Positions 16,589 through 26,628 of a stretch of 41,978 nt of DNA are shown in pieces (positions within the stretch are counted from its first letter, which is position 1; every line of letters starts with the position of its first letter). The translations under genes were made by a program, and so were the position numbers. The notes beneath the pieces are model-generated. The model searched no databases and was not told the origin of the DNA. It saw only the letters and a list, made by a program, of their open reading frames with translations. Origin of the DNA: a virus (taxonomy: Duplodnaviria; Caudoviricetes); the IMG/VR virus record IMGVR_UViG_3300043754_000009, positions 1 to 41,978 of that record; one strand, written 5' to 3'.

Positions 16589-17092
16589 ATGGGCGTAATT
16601 TTGAGCCGGGCTGGCCTTGCGGAGCATATGGGGCATAGCCTTCCGACAATCGACCGCTGGCGCAAAGATGGCATGCCGGTAGTAACACGCGGTAGTAAAG
16701 GCGTGGAATGGGAGTTCGACCTGTCGGAGTGCATCAAGTGGTACGCCCAACGACAGGCTGAAGCCGCTGGTGGCGCTGTAGACGACATAAAAGAAATCGA
16801 AAAGCGCACCGCCAGGGCAAAGATGGAGCAGGCCGAGTTAGCTCTGGCGCAAGCCAAAGGCGACGTCGCGCCTATCAAGGAATTCGAGCGGGCTCAGGCG
16901 GCGCTAATGGCTGTCATTCGGCAAAACGTCATGAACGTTGCGCAGCGCGCTGTTAAGCAACTGCTCGGAGAGACCAACGAAGCCACGTTTAAACAAAAGC
17001 TGCGCCTCGAACTCTCGAACGCGCTCGAGCAATCCGCGACGGCTGAATTAACCATCCAAGAAGATGACGACGACAATGACAATGAAGAATGA
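16589..17092 (+). CDS. terS: Terminase small subunit (Nu1-like)
   Basis: N-terminal winged HTH (TIDRWRKDGMP...FD...IKW) followed by a coiled coil. Confidence 0.9.
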   Translation: MGVILSRAGLAEHMGHSLPTIDRWRKDGMPVVTRGSKGVEWEFDLSECIKWYAQRQAEAAGGAVDDIKEIEKRTARAKMEQAELALAQAKGDVAPIKEFERAQAALMAVIRQNVMNVAQRAVKQLLGETNEATFKQKLRLELSNALEQSATAELTIQEDDDDNDNEE

Positions 17093-18266
17093 CCCGGGGC
17101 TGTTGCAATACGCAACTGAAAGACAAGCTGAGTATATAAAAAAGCTGTGGGAGTGCAGTGAAACGGAAACCGCACGGCACTTCGGCGTTGATAGAAAAAC
17201 CGTCCGTCAGGCGCTCGAGCGAGTCCAAGCCAAGGCCTCACGGCAGGGTTACGCTCCCGAGCACGACATGACTCGCACTGTACCCGATGGTTTTCATGTC
17301 AAAGGCGTTTCAACGTACTACAACGAAGAAGGCAAGCCCACGGCGCAGTGGGTAAAGACGAATATCGATGCACAGCGGCAGGCCGAGATTATGCGCCACG
17401 CCGTCGATGCCCTGAAGGAAGAAATTCCGCCAACTTCGCCGACAGCCGCGCCCGTGGCTACGGATGAAAATCTTCTTAATCTGTACCCGATTACTGATTA
17501 TCACCTAGGCGCTAAGACTTGGGCCGAGGAAACCGGCGCGGACTGGAACATGGAAACCGCCGAGCAATTGCTGGTTGACTGGTTTGCCTCTGCAATTGCC
17601 GCTGCACCTGCCGCGAAATTTGCAGTGTTCGCGAACTTAGGGGATTTCCTGCATTACGACAGCCTCGAGGCCGTGACGCCGACGAATCATCACGTCCTGG
17701 ATGCTGACGCACGATTCCAGCAACTCATTCGCGTGAATATCAGGCTAAAGCGACGCATTCTTTCGATGCTGTTGCAGAAGCACGAGCACATTTATTTCAT
17801 CGAAGGCGAGGGAAATCACGACCTAGCGTCTAGCGCGTGGGGCCGTGAGCTGTTCGCTGCTCTTTATGAAAACGAGCCGCGAATCAGCGTGGAAACGCGT
17901 CCGGACCCGTATTACGCAGTTGAACATGGGAAAACTTCGCTATTTTTCCATCACGGGCATAAAAAGAGGCGCGACAGCCTCGAAACGGCATTTATTGCTA
18001 AGTTTCGCGAGATTTTCGGCCGCACTCAATATTCGTACGCACACTGCGGGCACTTGCATCACGACGTCGTGCGCGAAACAAACACGATGCACATCGAGCA
18101 GCACGAGACGCTGGCAGCGCCTGATAGCCACGCGAGCCGTGGCGCATGGCTGAGCAAGCGAAGCGCCAAAGTTATCACTTATCACAAAGAGTTTGGTGAG
18201 GTCGGTCGCATCACGATTTCGCCTGAAATGCTTCAAGCGAGGAACCATGAAAAAGCTGCCGGATGA
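17082..18266 (+). CDS. HTH plus calcineurin-like metallophosphoesterase
   Basis: DYHLG, GDFLH, GNHD, HHGH and GHLH motifs; N-terminal ARHFGVDRKTVR HTH. Confidence 0.8.
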   Translation: MKNDPGLLQYATERQAEYIKKLWECSETETARHFGVDRKTVRQALERVQAKASRQGYAPEHDMTRTVPDGFHVKGVSTYYNEEGKPTAQWVKTNIDAQRQAEIMRHAVDALKEEIPPTSPTAAPVATDENLLNLYPITDYHLGAKTWAEETGADWNMETAEQLLVDWFASAIAAAPAAKFAVFANLGDFLHYDSLEAVTPTNHHVLDADARFQQLIRVNIRLKRRILSMLLQKHEHIYFIEGEGNHDLASSAWGRELFAALYENEPRISVETRPDPYYAVEHGKTSLFFHHGHKKRRDSLETAFIAKFREIFGRTQYSYAHCGHLHHDVVRETNTMHIEQHETLAAPDSHASRGAWLSKRSAKVITYHKEFGEVGRITISPEMLQARNHEKAAG

Positions 18267-18444
18267 CTGTATGCCGCGATGCGAAAACTGCAATGCGGGG
18301 TGTTTTGAAAAGGGCGAAGAGCAGGGCGAATGCCGCCTTCTGCCTATGGATTGGGTTTCTGACGGAGATGGCGGTGTCGTTGCCGCCTGGAAGCCCGCTT
18401 ATCGCGAAGGATGGTGCCGACACTTCATGCGGCAAGTTCACTAA
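18247..18444 (+). CDS. Small Cys-rich metal-binding protein
   Basis: CENC...GECR...GWCRHF with a GAGGA RBS. Confidence 0.65.
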   Translation: MKKLPDDCMPRCENCNAGCFEKGEEQGECRLLPMDWVSDGDGGVVAAWKPAYREGWCRHFMRQVH

Positions 18445-18447
18445 GCT

Positions 18448-20559
18448 ATGGAATTATCGCAGTTCACTAATCTGACAGCTGTTGTGGCAGCGCTAAATCG
18501 AGCCGCCGAGCAGCTGATACCTCCCGCCAACATCCCTCCCAGTGTATGGGCGGAAGGCGACCCTGCGCGCGGACTCAAGCCAAACGTTCAGATTCCCGTT
18601 GGCAACGCGGTACCCGGTCCGATTAATTTTGATAACGCGCCGTATCAGCGCGAGATGCTGGACTGGATTAAAGAGCCGGGTGTCTATGCTATCGACCTGA
18701 TGCTCGGCGCGCAGCTTGGCAAAACTACGGTGCTCCAGTGCGCAACCGGGTTTTATATTGCCCACGAACCGCGCTCGATGATGATGTCGCAACCGTCGGA
18801 AGGCGACTTGCAGACGTATCTCGAGACAAAGCTGACGCCGATGATTGAGGCGAATCCTGCGATTGCTAAGCGTCTCGCTAAGCCTCGCGGCCGCGAAGGC
18901 GTTAACAATTCGCGTATCAAGTCGTTCATCGGCGGCTTTCTGATGTTCAGCTGGGCAGGCTCTCCAAAAACGGCACGCGGCAGAAGTGCGCCTAAGATTT
19001 TCATGGACGAAGTGGACGGATATGAGAAAACCAAGGAAGGAAATTTTATGGAACTCATGTCCCAGCGCGCCGCGTCATTTGGGGATGAAGGCCTCGTAAT
19101 TCGGACAAGCACCCCGACGATTAAAGGGAAGTCGAATATCGAGACAGGATTCCTGGCTGGAGACCAACGTCGTTACTACGTTCCGTGCCCTCATTGCGGC
19201 GAGCCTCAGTATCTTCGCTGGGAGCGCGTCATGTGGAGCGGCCGGAAATCCACGGACATCAAAAGCTGGCAAGAAGACCTGCACGAAGACCATAAGCCTA
19301 ATGACGCAGAGTATCTCTGTGAAGTTGAGGGCTGCGGAATGGGGTGGAGTGACGGAGAGCGAATCGCAGCTATCCGTACGGCTAAAGAAAAGGGCGGCGG
19401 ATGGAAAGCGTCTAAACCGTACACCGGGCACATCAGCGCACACGCGCCGGAAATGCTGAGCACGTTCCGCGATTTAAAAGATATCGTGCGCTCGTATCTG
19501 AGCAAAATCCGCCTGGATGACATGCAGTCGTTCGTCAACGTGTCGCTGGGTGAGACGTACGAAGAGTCTGGTGAAGAAGCCGACGCAAGCGAGCTGATGA
19601 AGCGGCGCGAGAAATACGCAGCACAGGTGCCTATGGGCGGCGTATGGATTGGCGCTGGCATAGACATGCAGCCGGACCGTCTGGAGGTTCAGCGGATTGC
19701 GTTTGGCGTTGGAGAAGAGGCGTGGGTTATCGACCATAAGGTTTTGTGGGGCGACCCGCTCCTACCCGACGTATGGCGCGACCTTGAGGACTTGCTGGAA
19801 GAGGAGCTCACGCACGAGAGCGGCGTGAAGATGCGCATCGGCGGAGCATGTCTCGATACGGGCGGCAATGGCAGCTATCCGCAGACGGCATATGACTGGC
19901 TGCGCGGTAAAACTGGTCGCCGTATTTTCGGCATTAAGGGTATCCCTATGGGCTGGGGCAAGCCCATCGTTGAAAAGCCGCAGCGCAAGCAATCCGGCAA
20001 AAACGCTCGGAAAATCGACTTGTTCCTCGTCAGCTCTGACGAAGGCAAGCTGGTCGTTATGCGTCGCCTCAATTTGAAGCCGCATGAAAACCCAGATGTG
20101 CGAGTTCCGGGATACATCCATTTCCCGCTTACCGAGCAGGGTGATGAGTACCAGACCGGCGTTGATGAGGAATATTTTAAGCAGCTGACCAGCGAAAAAC
20201 TCATCACGCACTACGTCAAGGGCTTCGCACAGCGCAAATGGACTAAGCCGGACAAGGCTCGAAACGAAGTTCTCGACACGTTCGTCTACGCATACGCAGC
20301 ATTGAAAATAATGCAGCCGAACCTGAAGTCGCTGGCTGAAAAGATGAAGGGCGTAAAGGTGAACCGCTTTGCTAATGTGCAAAAAGTTGACAGTAGTGAG
20401 CCAAAACCGGCCGTAACAAGCAAAATTTTGCCAGTTACTGAGGCGGAAATTCCACAAGAGGAAATGGAGGCTCCCAGCTCCGATAATCAAAGAATCGTAC
20501 GGACCAAACGAGTTCTCAACGCGAGGAAACGGGGCGGTTCGTGGGCAACTAAATGGTAA
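18448..20559 (+). CDS. terL: Terminase large subunit (lambda GpA family)
   Basis: PYQRE, AQLGKT, MDEVD, STPT, YYVPCPHC and RNEVLD motifs. Confidence 0.95.
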   Translation: MELSQFTNLTAVVAALNRAAEQLIPPANIPPSVWAEGDPARGLKPNVQIPVGNAVPGPINFDNAPYQREMLDWIKEPGVYAIDLMLGAQLGKTTVLQCATGFYIAHEPRSMMMSQPSEGDLQTYLETKLTPMIEANPAIAKRLAKPRGREGVNNSRIKSFIGGFLMFSWAGSPKTARGRSAPKIFMDEVDGYEKTKEGNFMELMSQRAASFGDEGLVIRTSTPTIKGKSNIETGFLAGDQRRYYVPCPHCGEPQYLRWERVMWSGRKSTDIKSWQEDLHEDHKPNDAEYLCEVEGCGMGWSDGERIAAIRTAKEKGGGWKASKPYTGHISAHAPEMLSTFRDLKDIVRSYLSKIRLDDMQSFVNVSLGETYEESGEEADASELMKRREKYAAQVPMGGVWIGAGIDMQPDRLEVQRIAFGVGEEAWVIDHKVLWGDPLLPDVWRDLEDLLEEELTHESGVKMRIGGACLDTGGNGSYPQTAYDWLRGKTGRRIFGIKGIPMGWGKPIVEKPQRKQSGKNARKIDLFLVSSDEGKLVVMRRLNLKPHENPDVRVPGYIHFPLTEQGDEYQTGVDEEYFKQLTSEKLITHYVKGFAQRKWTKPDKARNEVLDTFVYAYAALKIMQPNLKSLAEKMKGVKVNRFANVQKVDSSEPKPAVTSKILPVTEAEIPQEEMEAPSSDNQRIVRTKRVLNARKRGGSWATKW
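20445..20487 (+). promoter_or_regulatory. Late promoter 2 (head genes), inside the terL 3' end
   Basis: GGAAATTCCACAAGAGGAA with GATAAT at the same 30-bp offset. Confidence 0.75.
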
Positions 20560-20562
20560 CGA

Positions 20563-21111
20563 ATGCAACGCAGAAATATCACTCTACCCGAGCAAATCAC
20601 GGCGGGTCTGGATTTCCAGACCGTCGTGTGCTCGCCTGCGTTTCCCGCTACCAGCTGGACGCTCAACGCTGTTATTCGAGGCCCGCAGCAGATTAATTTA
20701 ACCGCATCTGCTGACGGGACTGATTTCGTTATTAGCGCGCTGGCAGCCACGACTGAAACGTGGACGCCAGGCACTTACTGGTACAGCCTGCGCGTCACGA
20801 ATGGCACGTCAACGCAAGAGATTGGCACCGGCCAGCTCACAGTCATTGCAGACTTAGCGACCGTTACCGCGCCGTATGACGGCCGTAGTCAATTCCAGAT
20901 TGCGCTGGATGCTATCGATGCCGTTATCGCTAAACGGGCAACGGTGGACCAGCAACGCTACAAAATTAATGAGCGAGAGCTCTGGCGCACGCCTGTCGCC
21001 GAACTGCTGACGCTGCGCGCGTATTACGCGACAAAAGTCCGTCAGGAAATTGCTAAGGCGAACGGCAAATCGCGCTTCGGGCGTCCCATCATCGTGAAAT
21101 TCCACTCATGA
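20563..21111 (+). CDS. Head-tail joining protein (lambda gpW-like C-terminus, extra N-terminal beta domain)
   Basis: Lies between terL and portal; QRYKINERELWR...LLTLRAYY motif. Confidence 0.7.
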   Translation: MQRRNITLPEQITAGLDFQTVVCSPAFPATSWTLNAVIRGPQQINLTASADGTDFVISALAATTETWTPGTYWYSLRVTNGTSTQEIGTGQLTVIADLATVTAPYDGRSQFQIALDAIDAVIAKRATVDQQRYKINERELWRTPVAELLTLRAYYATKVRQEIAKANGKSRFGRPIIVKFHS

Positions 21112-22691
21112 AATTATTCCCGTTTCTTGGGCGTCGCTCCGCTCCTACACCGGCTCCTGCTGCAATCGCCGCTCCTGCGCCTCGCCGCAGGATGATGGGG
21201 CACATGCTGAGCAACCTGAGCGCGATGTTCAAGTCTTCGAACGTTGACGCAAATGACAACTGGACGGCCATCCCTTTGCCGCCGGACCAGTTCATTACCC
21301 TGCGCCAGCCCGCTCTGGTGGCGCGTTCGCGTGAGCAGTGGTCCAACAACGACTATGTGCGCGGCTACATTCGCCGCTGCCGTCAGAACATCGTTGGCGA
21401 GCACGGCATTAAGTTGCAAGTAAAGGCGACGCTCGCTAATGGCAAGCTCGACAAGGTCGCAAACGCCGCAATTGAAGCTGCCTTTGCCGAATGGTGCAAG
21501 CGTGGCAACTGCGACGTGACGGGCACGTTGTCATGGCGCGGTTTGCAAGCCCTGTGCGTTGAGCACGCTGCTCGCGATGGTGAATATATCGTCCGTAAAG
21601 TGCGCGGCGCTGATGCAGGCCCGTTCGGTTACGCGTTGCAGGTTATTGACCCGCAGCGTTTGCCTGTTCGTTATCAAGAAACAAATTTCGGAAACACCGG
21701 CAATTTTATTCGTAACGGTATCGAGTTCAACCGTTACGGTCGTGCACGCGCTTACCACTTCGCAAGCACTGACGAATCCGATTCGCAGTTCTACTACAGC
21801 GTTAGCGGCGAAGGATTCGTGCGGATTCCGGCAGAGGAAATCATCCACGGATTCGTAACCGAGATGGCTAGCCAGCGTCGGGGAATTCCTTGGACCTCGA
21901 CCGGCCTGTTTCGCATGCACCACTTGCAAGGCTATGAAGATGCGAGCGTTCAGAATGCGCGCGCGTCATCGGCGCAAATGGGCTTCATCCAGTATCGCGA
22001 CGGATTCGGTCCTGAAGCGGGCGATGACTATGACGTAGCTGGAAGTATCAACGCCGAACCGCTGTCATTCCACGAATTGCCGGAAGGCGCGGAACTGGCA
22101 AAGTACGACCCGCAGTATCCGAGCGGCGAATTCGCAATTTTCCATAAGGCCATGCTGCGTGGCGCGGCGACCGGCTGGGGCGTGTCATACAACAGCCTGG
22201 CTAACGACCTTGAAAACGTCAACTTCTCGAGCATTCGCGACGGCAAGGTTGACGAGCGCGACAACTGGAAGGAATTGCAGGGCTGGCTCATCGAAACGCT
22301 GGTTGCGCCGGTGTATGAGGACTGGCTGAAGATTTCCCTGCTGTCCGAAAAGATTTTGAACAAGCAAGGCAAGCCATTGTCGCCGTCGAAACTGGCGATT
22401 TACAAAACCGCGCATTTCCAAGGCCGCCGCTGGGCATGGATTGACCCGAAGAACGATGCAACGGCTAAAACCACGGAAATCCGTGCAGGCCTCACGTCTA
22501 TTTCTCAAGTACTGCGTGAACAAGGCCGTGACGCTGAGACCGTTTTCGAAGAAATCGCTAACGACATCGAAGGCCTGAAGGAAGCAGGCGTGCCTGACGA
22601 ATTTATCAGCGTGATGTTCGGCATTCTGCCAGCGCCTGAAGCGGCTCCGAGTAAAGCCGACGAATCAGTAGCGAAACCGCCGAAAGAATAA
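21108..22691 (+). CDS. Portal protein, lambda family
   Basis: ARSRE...NND, DGE, NGIEFN.YGR, QRRGIP, VNFSSIR and WIDP motifs. Confidence 0.95.
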   Translation: MKLFPFLGRRSAPTPAPAAIAAPAPRRRMMGHMLSNLSAMFKSSNVDANDNWTAIPLPPDQFITLRQPALVARSREQWSNNDYVRGYIRRCRQNIVGEHGIKLQVKATLANGKLDKVANAAIEAAFAEWCKRGNCDVTGTLSWRGLQALCVEHAARDGEYIVRKVRGADAGPFGYALQVIDPQRLPVRYQETNFGNTGNFIRNGIEFNRYGRARAYHFASTDESDSQFYYSVSGEGFVRIPAEEIIHGFVTEMASQRRGIPWTSTGLFRMHHLQGYEDASVQNARASSAQMGFIQYRDGFGPEAGDDYDVAGSINAEPLSFHELPEGAELAKYDPQYPSGEFAIFHKAMLRGAATGWGVSYNSLANDLENVNFSSIRDGKVDERDNWKELQGWLIETLVAPVYEDWLKISLLSEKILNKQGKPLSPSKLAIYKTAHFQGRRWAWIDPKNDATAKTTEIRAGLTSISQVLREQGRDAETVFEEIANDIEGLKEAGVPDEFISVMFGILPAPEAAPSKADESVAKPPKE

Positions 22692-22708
22692 ATAACCGGA
22701 GTTATTGC

Positions 22709-24694
22709 ATGGAACTAACTGGAAACACCGGCGAGCGAATCGCCAGAAGCCTTAAGGAAATTAAAGAGCGCGGTGGCCTCCAGCGTGAGGCCTCAGTCGG
22801 CAACATTGACAAAGAAGCGCGCACGGTTGAAGTGTCATTCTCGAGCGAAACAGACACGGTTGAACGCTGGTTCGGCGTCGAAGTGCTATCGCATGAGCCC
22901 GGCGCTGTCGATATGTCTCGCATCACTAACGGCGCACCTGTGCTGTGGATGCATGACTGGAATGACCAGCGTGGCGTAGTTGACTCTGCTCGAATTGACA
23001 ACTTTGACCGGAAAGGCCGCGCTGTTCTGCGGTTCAGTCGTAGTCCTGAGGGCGAGAAGCTGTTTCAAGACGTCGTTGACGAAATCGTATCAAAAGTTTC
23101 GGTTGGCTATTTGCCGACCGGGATGAAGCTTCAAGAAGAGCGTGCAGACGGCACTGCTGTTTATTTGGTGACCTCCTGGCAGCCCTATGAAATAAGTTTG
23201 GTGTCCGTGCCAGCCGATGATTCTGTAGGCGTCGGCCGTTCGGCGGAAATTCCACAAAAGGAAAACGGCAACAGCAGAGCCGATAATCTGCAACATGGTG
23301 TTATCAATTCAACTCCGGAGAATATTTCCATTATGGAAAAAGTAACTCGTGACGCGTCGGGCAATCTCGTCCGCGCAATCGTTGACGAGAACGGCAGCAT
23401 CACGAAGGTGCTCGAAGTTCTCGAACAAGCAGGCGCAGAGTCGCGTTCTGCACAAGCACGTGGCCAAGATGCAGAGCGTTCGCGCGTTCGCGAACTTCAG
23501 CAAATGGGCCGCGACTACGGCGCTGTTGAGCAGGCCGCCAAGTTTATCGACGAAGGCAAGTCGCCCGAAGATTTCCGCCGGGAACTGCTTGCTAACTTCG
23601 CGACGGAACGCAGCCGCAAGCCGATGGCTGAGCAAGTCAAGGACGGCGAAATCGGTCTGACGAGCAAGGAAGCCCGTTCGTTCAGCATTCTGCGTGCTGT
23701 CCGCGCACTCGTGAACCCGCGTGACCGCGCTGCACAAGAAGCCGCTGCGTTTGAATTTGAGTGCTCGATTGCAGCTGCTGAGAAGGCTGGCAAGCAATCG
23801 CGGGGCCTCATGATTCCGGCTGACGTTCTGAACCGCGCGTTCAGCACCACGACGCCGACGGGTGGCCCGGGCTCGAACGCTGTTGCAACGAACCTGCTCG
23901 CTGATTCGTTCATCGAGCTGCTCCGTCACCGCACGTGGGCTCTGAACCGCGTCACGACGATGGGTGGTTTGGTTGGTAACGTGGATATCCCGCGTCAGAA
24001 CTCCGCTGGTCAAGCGTACTGGGTTGGTGAAGGTGGCGCTCCGACTGAAAGCGAACCGGGTATCGACCAGGTGTCGTTCTCGCCGAAGTCTCTGGCAGCG
24101 TACACCGACATCACCCGTCGCTTGATGCAGCAAGCTACGCCTGACGCTGAGCGCGTCGTGCGTAACGACCTGCTGAAAATCATGGCTCTCGCGCTGGATA
24201 AGGCCGTTGTTTACGGTTCGGGCGCTTCGGGTCAACCGAAGGGCTTGCTGCAACAAACCGGCATCCACGCTGTTGCGCTGGCCGCTGCAAACGCTGCTTT
24301 CTCTGAATTCGTTCAGATGGAAACGCTGGTTGCTGCTGCTGACGCCGACCTCGGCAGCATGTCGTACGTCATCAACGCTACCGCTCGCGGCGCAGCTAAG
24401 ACGACCCTGAAGTTCCCGGGTGTCAACGGCAGCCAGACGATTTGGGAGCAGGGCAACACAATCAACGGTTACGACGTTGACGTGACCAACCAGCTGGCAG
24501 CAGGTGATTACCTGTTCGGCAACTGGAGCGATTTCATCGTCGCGATGTGGTCGGGCCTCGATTTGATGGTTGACCCGTACAGCCTGAGCACCAGCGGCGG
24601 CACGCGCATCGTGGTGTTCCAGGACGTGGATATGGGCGTGCGTCACACCCAGTCGTTCACGTACGCGTCGAACACTGCAACTGCTGCTCCTTAA
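22709..24694 (+). CDS. Prohead protease - major capsid protein fusion (HK97 fold)
   Basis: Protease motifs LWMHD, VSVGY and EISLVSVPAD; capsid motifs IPRQ...AYWVGEG and PKGL. Confidence 0.92.
   Translation: MELTGNTGERIARSLKEIKERGGLQREASVGNIDKEARTVEVSFSSETDTVERWFGVEVLSHEPGAVDMSRITNGAPVLWMHDWNDQRGVVDSARIDNFDRKGRAVLRFSRSPEGEKLFQDVVDEIVSKVSVGYLPTGMKLQEERADGTAVYLVTSWQPYEISLVSVPADDSVGVGRSAEIPQKENGNSRADNLQHGVINSTPENISIMEKVTRDASGNLVRAIVDENGSITKVLEVLEQAGAESRSAQARGQDAERSRVRELQQMGRDYGAVEQAAKFIDEGKSPEDFRRELLANFATERSRKPMAEQVKDGEIGLTSKEARSFSILRAVRALVNPRDRAAQEAAAFEFECSIAAAEKAGKQSRGLMIPADVLNRAFSTTTPTGGPGSNAVATNLLADSFIELLRHRTWALNRVTTMGGLVGNVDIPRQNSAGQAYWVGEGGAPTESEPGIDQVSFSPKSLAAYTDITRRLMQQATPDAERVVRNDLLKIMALALDKAVVYGSGASGQPKGLLQQTGIHAVALAAANAAFSEFVQMETLVAAADADLGSMSYVINATARGAAKTTLKFPGVNGSQTIWEQGNTINGYDVDVTNQLAAGDYLFGNWSDFIVAMWSGLDLMVDPYSLSTSGGTRIVVFQDVDMGVRHTQSFTYASNTATAAP
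23245..23335 (+). promoter_or_regulatory. Late promoter 3 and internal start for a capsid-only product
   Basis: GGAAATTCCACAAAAGGAA, GATAAT at 23282, GGAG at 23317 and in-frame ATG at 23333 (Met209). Confidence 0.7.
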
Positions 24695-24717
24695 TCTGGG
24701 TTAGCAGTCTCCCAAGG

Positions 24718-24742
24718 GGCCGCCAGTACGGCGGCCTTTTTT
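24718..24742 (+). terminator. Rho-independent terminator after the capsid gene
   Basis: GGCCGCC/GGCGGCC stem plus T6. Confidence 0.85.
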
Positions 24743-24765
24743 AATACCTAAATGGATTCTGAAAA

Positions 24766-25083
24766 ATGGGCGAGAGCACTGTTATCGTGAAACTGACTTC
24801 GGCAACCGTTATCGACGGGCAGATTGTGCGCGCCGGTACGAAAGTCGAAATGGTCGAGTCTGAAGCAAAGCAGTTGCTGAAGCTGGGTAAAGCTGTGGTC
24901 GATAGCGTTCCTAACGACAAGGCTGACCAGGTGGATTCGTCTGTGCAGAAGGCTGCCGCACAAGCTGCTGCTGCCGCTGCTAAGGCCGCTAAGGTCAAGG
25001 CTGCACAAGACGCCGCCAAAGCCGCAGAGGCAACCGCTGCCGCTGCCGAGGCTGCCGCCGCGCAAGCTGCTTCAGCTGCGTGA
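24766..25083 (+). CDS. Head-associated protein with an Ala/Lys-rich tail
   Basis: Directly after the capsid gene; G..VE....EAKQLLKLGKA motif. Confidence 0.65.
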   Translation: MGESTVIVKLTSATVIDGQIVRAGTKVEMVESEAKQLLKLGKAVVDSVPNDKADQVDSSVQKAAAQAAAAAAKAAKVKAAQDAAKAAEATAAAAEAAAAQAASAA

Positions 25084-25117
25084 TGGGTGCTGTAATCGAT
25101 GGTTTCCATCTGGGAGA

Positions 25118-25462
25118 TTGATAATGCCGCATCCGTCTTGGGATGACCCTTCAGAGTTCATCGATATCGACGATTTCGCAGTCAAGGCCATCATCCAGTT
25201 TCAGGACGGAACCACGCGCAACATCGTGGGAATCTATGACGGTCCGTATTTGATGGCGACGTTGAAGGGCTACGAGCAGGACACAAGCAAGCCCAAATTC
25301 ACATGCGCGGAAGGAACCTGCGACGGAGTTCGTCGTGGTGATGCGATTGTCATTTACAACTCAGATGGCGTTACGTTCTTCGGCACGTTCGGGATACTGA
25401 CTTATCCTGAGCCGGATGGAACAGGCCTCGAGTCTCTAGAACTCGCTCCGGACCCGTCATAA
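25118..25462 (+). CDS. Head-tail joining/closure protein
   Basis: Gene position and PEPDGTG motif. Confidence 0.75.
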   Translation: MIMPHPSWDDPSEFIDIDDFAVKAIIQFQDGTTRNIVGIYDGPYLMATLKGYEQDTSKPKFTCAEGTCDGVRRGDAIVIYNSDGVTFFGTFGILTYPEPDGTGLESLELAPDPS

Positions 25463-26050
25463 ATGAGCGAACCTGATACCTTATTTTTCGACGTTGACTG
25501 GTCCCAGCTTAACGTTATCGGCGAGGAGCTGGAGGCGTCTGAAAAGCAGATAGTTTTGGCGTTAAGCCGAGCGTTGCGTCGCACTGCATCAAAGTTGCAA
25601 AGTCTCTCGCGAAAAGGCCTTAAAACTGAGCTGCAAGTCAAAGAACTCGACCTGCTGCGTAAGCGCTTAAAGTCCGTAAAAATGCGTAGTGGCATGAACA
25701 AGCTAGGCCGGATGCGTACGTTCGAGGGCGTCGAACTCAAATATTTTCTAAATGATGTTCCTGTTTCGTGGCTGAAGGGAAAACCTACACAAACGAAGAC
25801 CGGCGCTGAATTTCGTGGCGTCCAGTATCCCGGTGCGTTCGTTGCAAAAAGCAAGTACGGACGTGGCTACACGATATTCAAGCGAGCAGACAAGACGCGC
25901 TTGCATATCGACGAGCAACTGTTTCCTATACAAGACAAGGCGCAAACAATGCTCGAGGACCGAGTATTCGTTCACGTTGAAGATATTTTCTGGCCTCTTT
26001 TTAAGCGCGAACTGGCCGCGCGCGTCAAATATCAAATCGGTGAGCGTTAA
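25463..26050 (+). CDS. Neck/tail completion protein (lambda Z-like)
   Basis: Basic protein with ALSRALRRT and GAF...IFKR. Confidence 0.7.
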   Translation: MSEPDTLFFDVDWSQLNVIGEELEASEKQIVLALSRALRRTASKLQSLSRKGLKTELQVKELDLLRKRLKSVKMRSGMNKLGRMRTFEGVELKYFLNDVPVSWLKGKPTQTKTGAEFRGVQYPGAFVAKSKYGRGYTIFKRADKTRLHIDEQLFPIQDKAQTMLEDRVFVHVEDIFWPLFKRELAARVKYQIGER

Positions 26051-26628
26051 TGAGCGACCCAAATGCAACCCTCGACATCGGAGCGCTACACGACGCGATT
26101 GTGTCGGACATCAAGACGCAATTCCCTTCGCTTGCTACCGTCGAGTTTTACCGTAGCGATACCGAACGGAAGGGCATGACTCTTCCCGCTGTGCTGCTCT
26201 CGCTTAGCGAATTCGAGTCTGAGATTGATGACGACCCGGGCACGGACCAGCTGGCAGTGAATGCCCGGTTTGAAGCGGAAATCATCTTCGGATTCAGAAC
26301 GGCGAACGTGAATCTGGAGGTCCGGAAATTCGCCGCTGCGTTTGCTGCGTGGCTTCGTCTTCGTCGGTGGACTGGAATTATCACAGACGCGGCTAAGGTC
26401 ATGGGCGCGTATCCCGACGAGTTCACTCCAGCGCTGGATGAGTATGTAGTTTGGCGTGTTGAGTGGTCTCAGGTTCTCTATCTCGGCACAAGTGAATGGA
26501 CGGATACGAGCGGCGCGATAACAACTGGCACGCAGATTTTCGTTGGCGAGGACCCGAATATCGGACCAGCGCACATCGCGGACTACACGCAAATTGAAAC
26601 TGACCCGACCATCCTAAACCCATCATGA
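26050..26628 (+). CDS. Tail terminator/completion protein
   Basis: Acidic; PAVLL...YVVWRVEW; sits before gpV. Confidence 0.65.
   Translation: MSDPNATLDIGALHDAIVSDIKTQFPSLATVEFYRSDTERKGMTLPAVLLSLSEFESEIDDDPGTDQLAVNARFEAEIIFGFRTANVNLEVRKFAAAFAAWLRLRRWTGIITDAAKVMGAYPDEFTPALDEYVVWRVEWSQVLYLGTSEWTDTSGAITTGTQIFVGEDPNIGPAHIADYTQIETDPTILNPS

Noticed and set aside
23309-24646. 445-aa antisense ORF, and similar shadow ORFs over the primase, terL, fibre, sheath and tape measure genes
   Set aside because: They lie opposite well-supported genes, have no motifs and are explained by codon bias.
24950-25080. GCT/GCC-rich low-complexity tract as a DNA repeat element
   Set aside because: It simply encodes the Ala-rich tail of the post-capsid protein.
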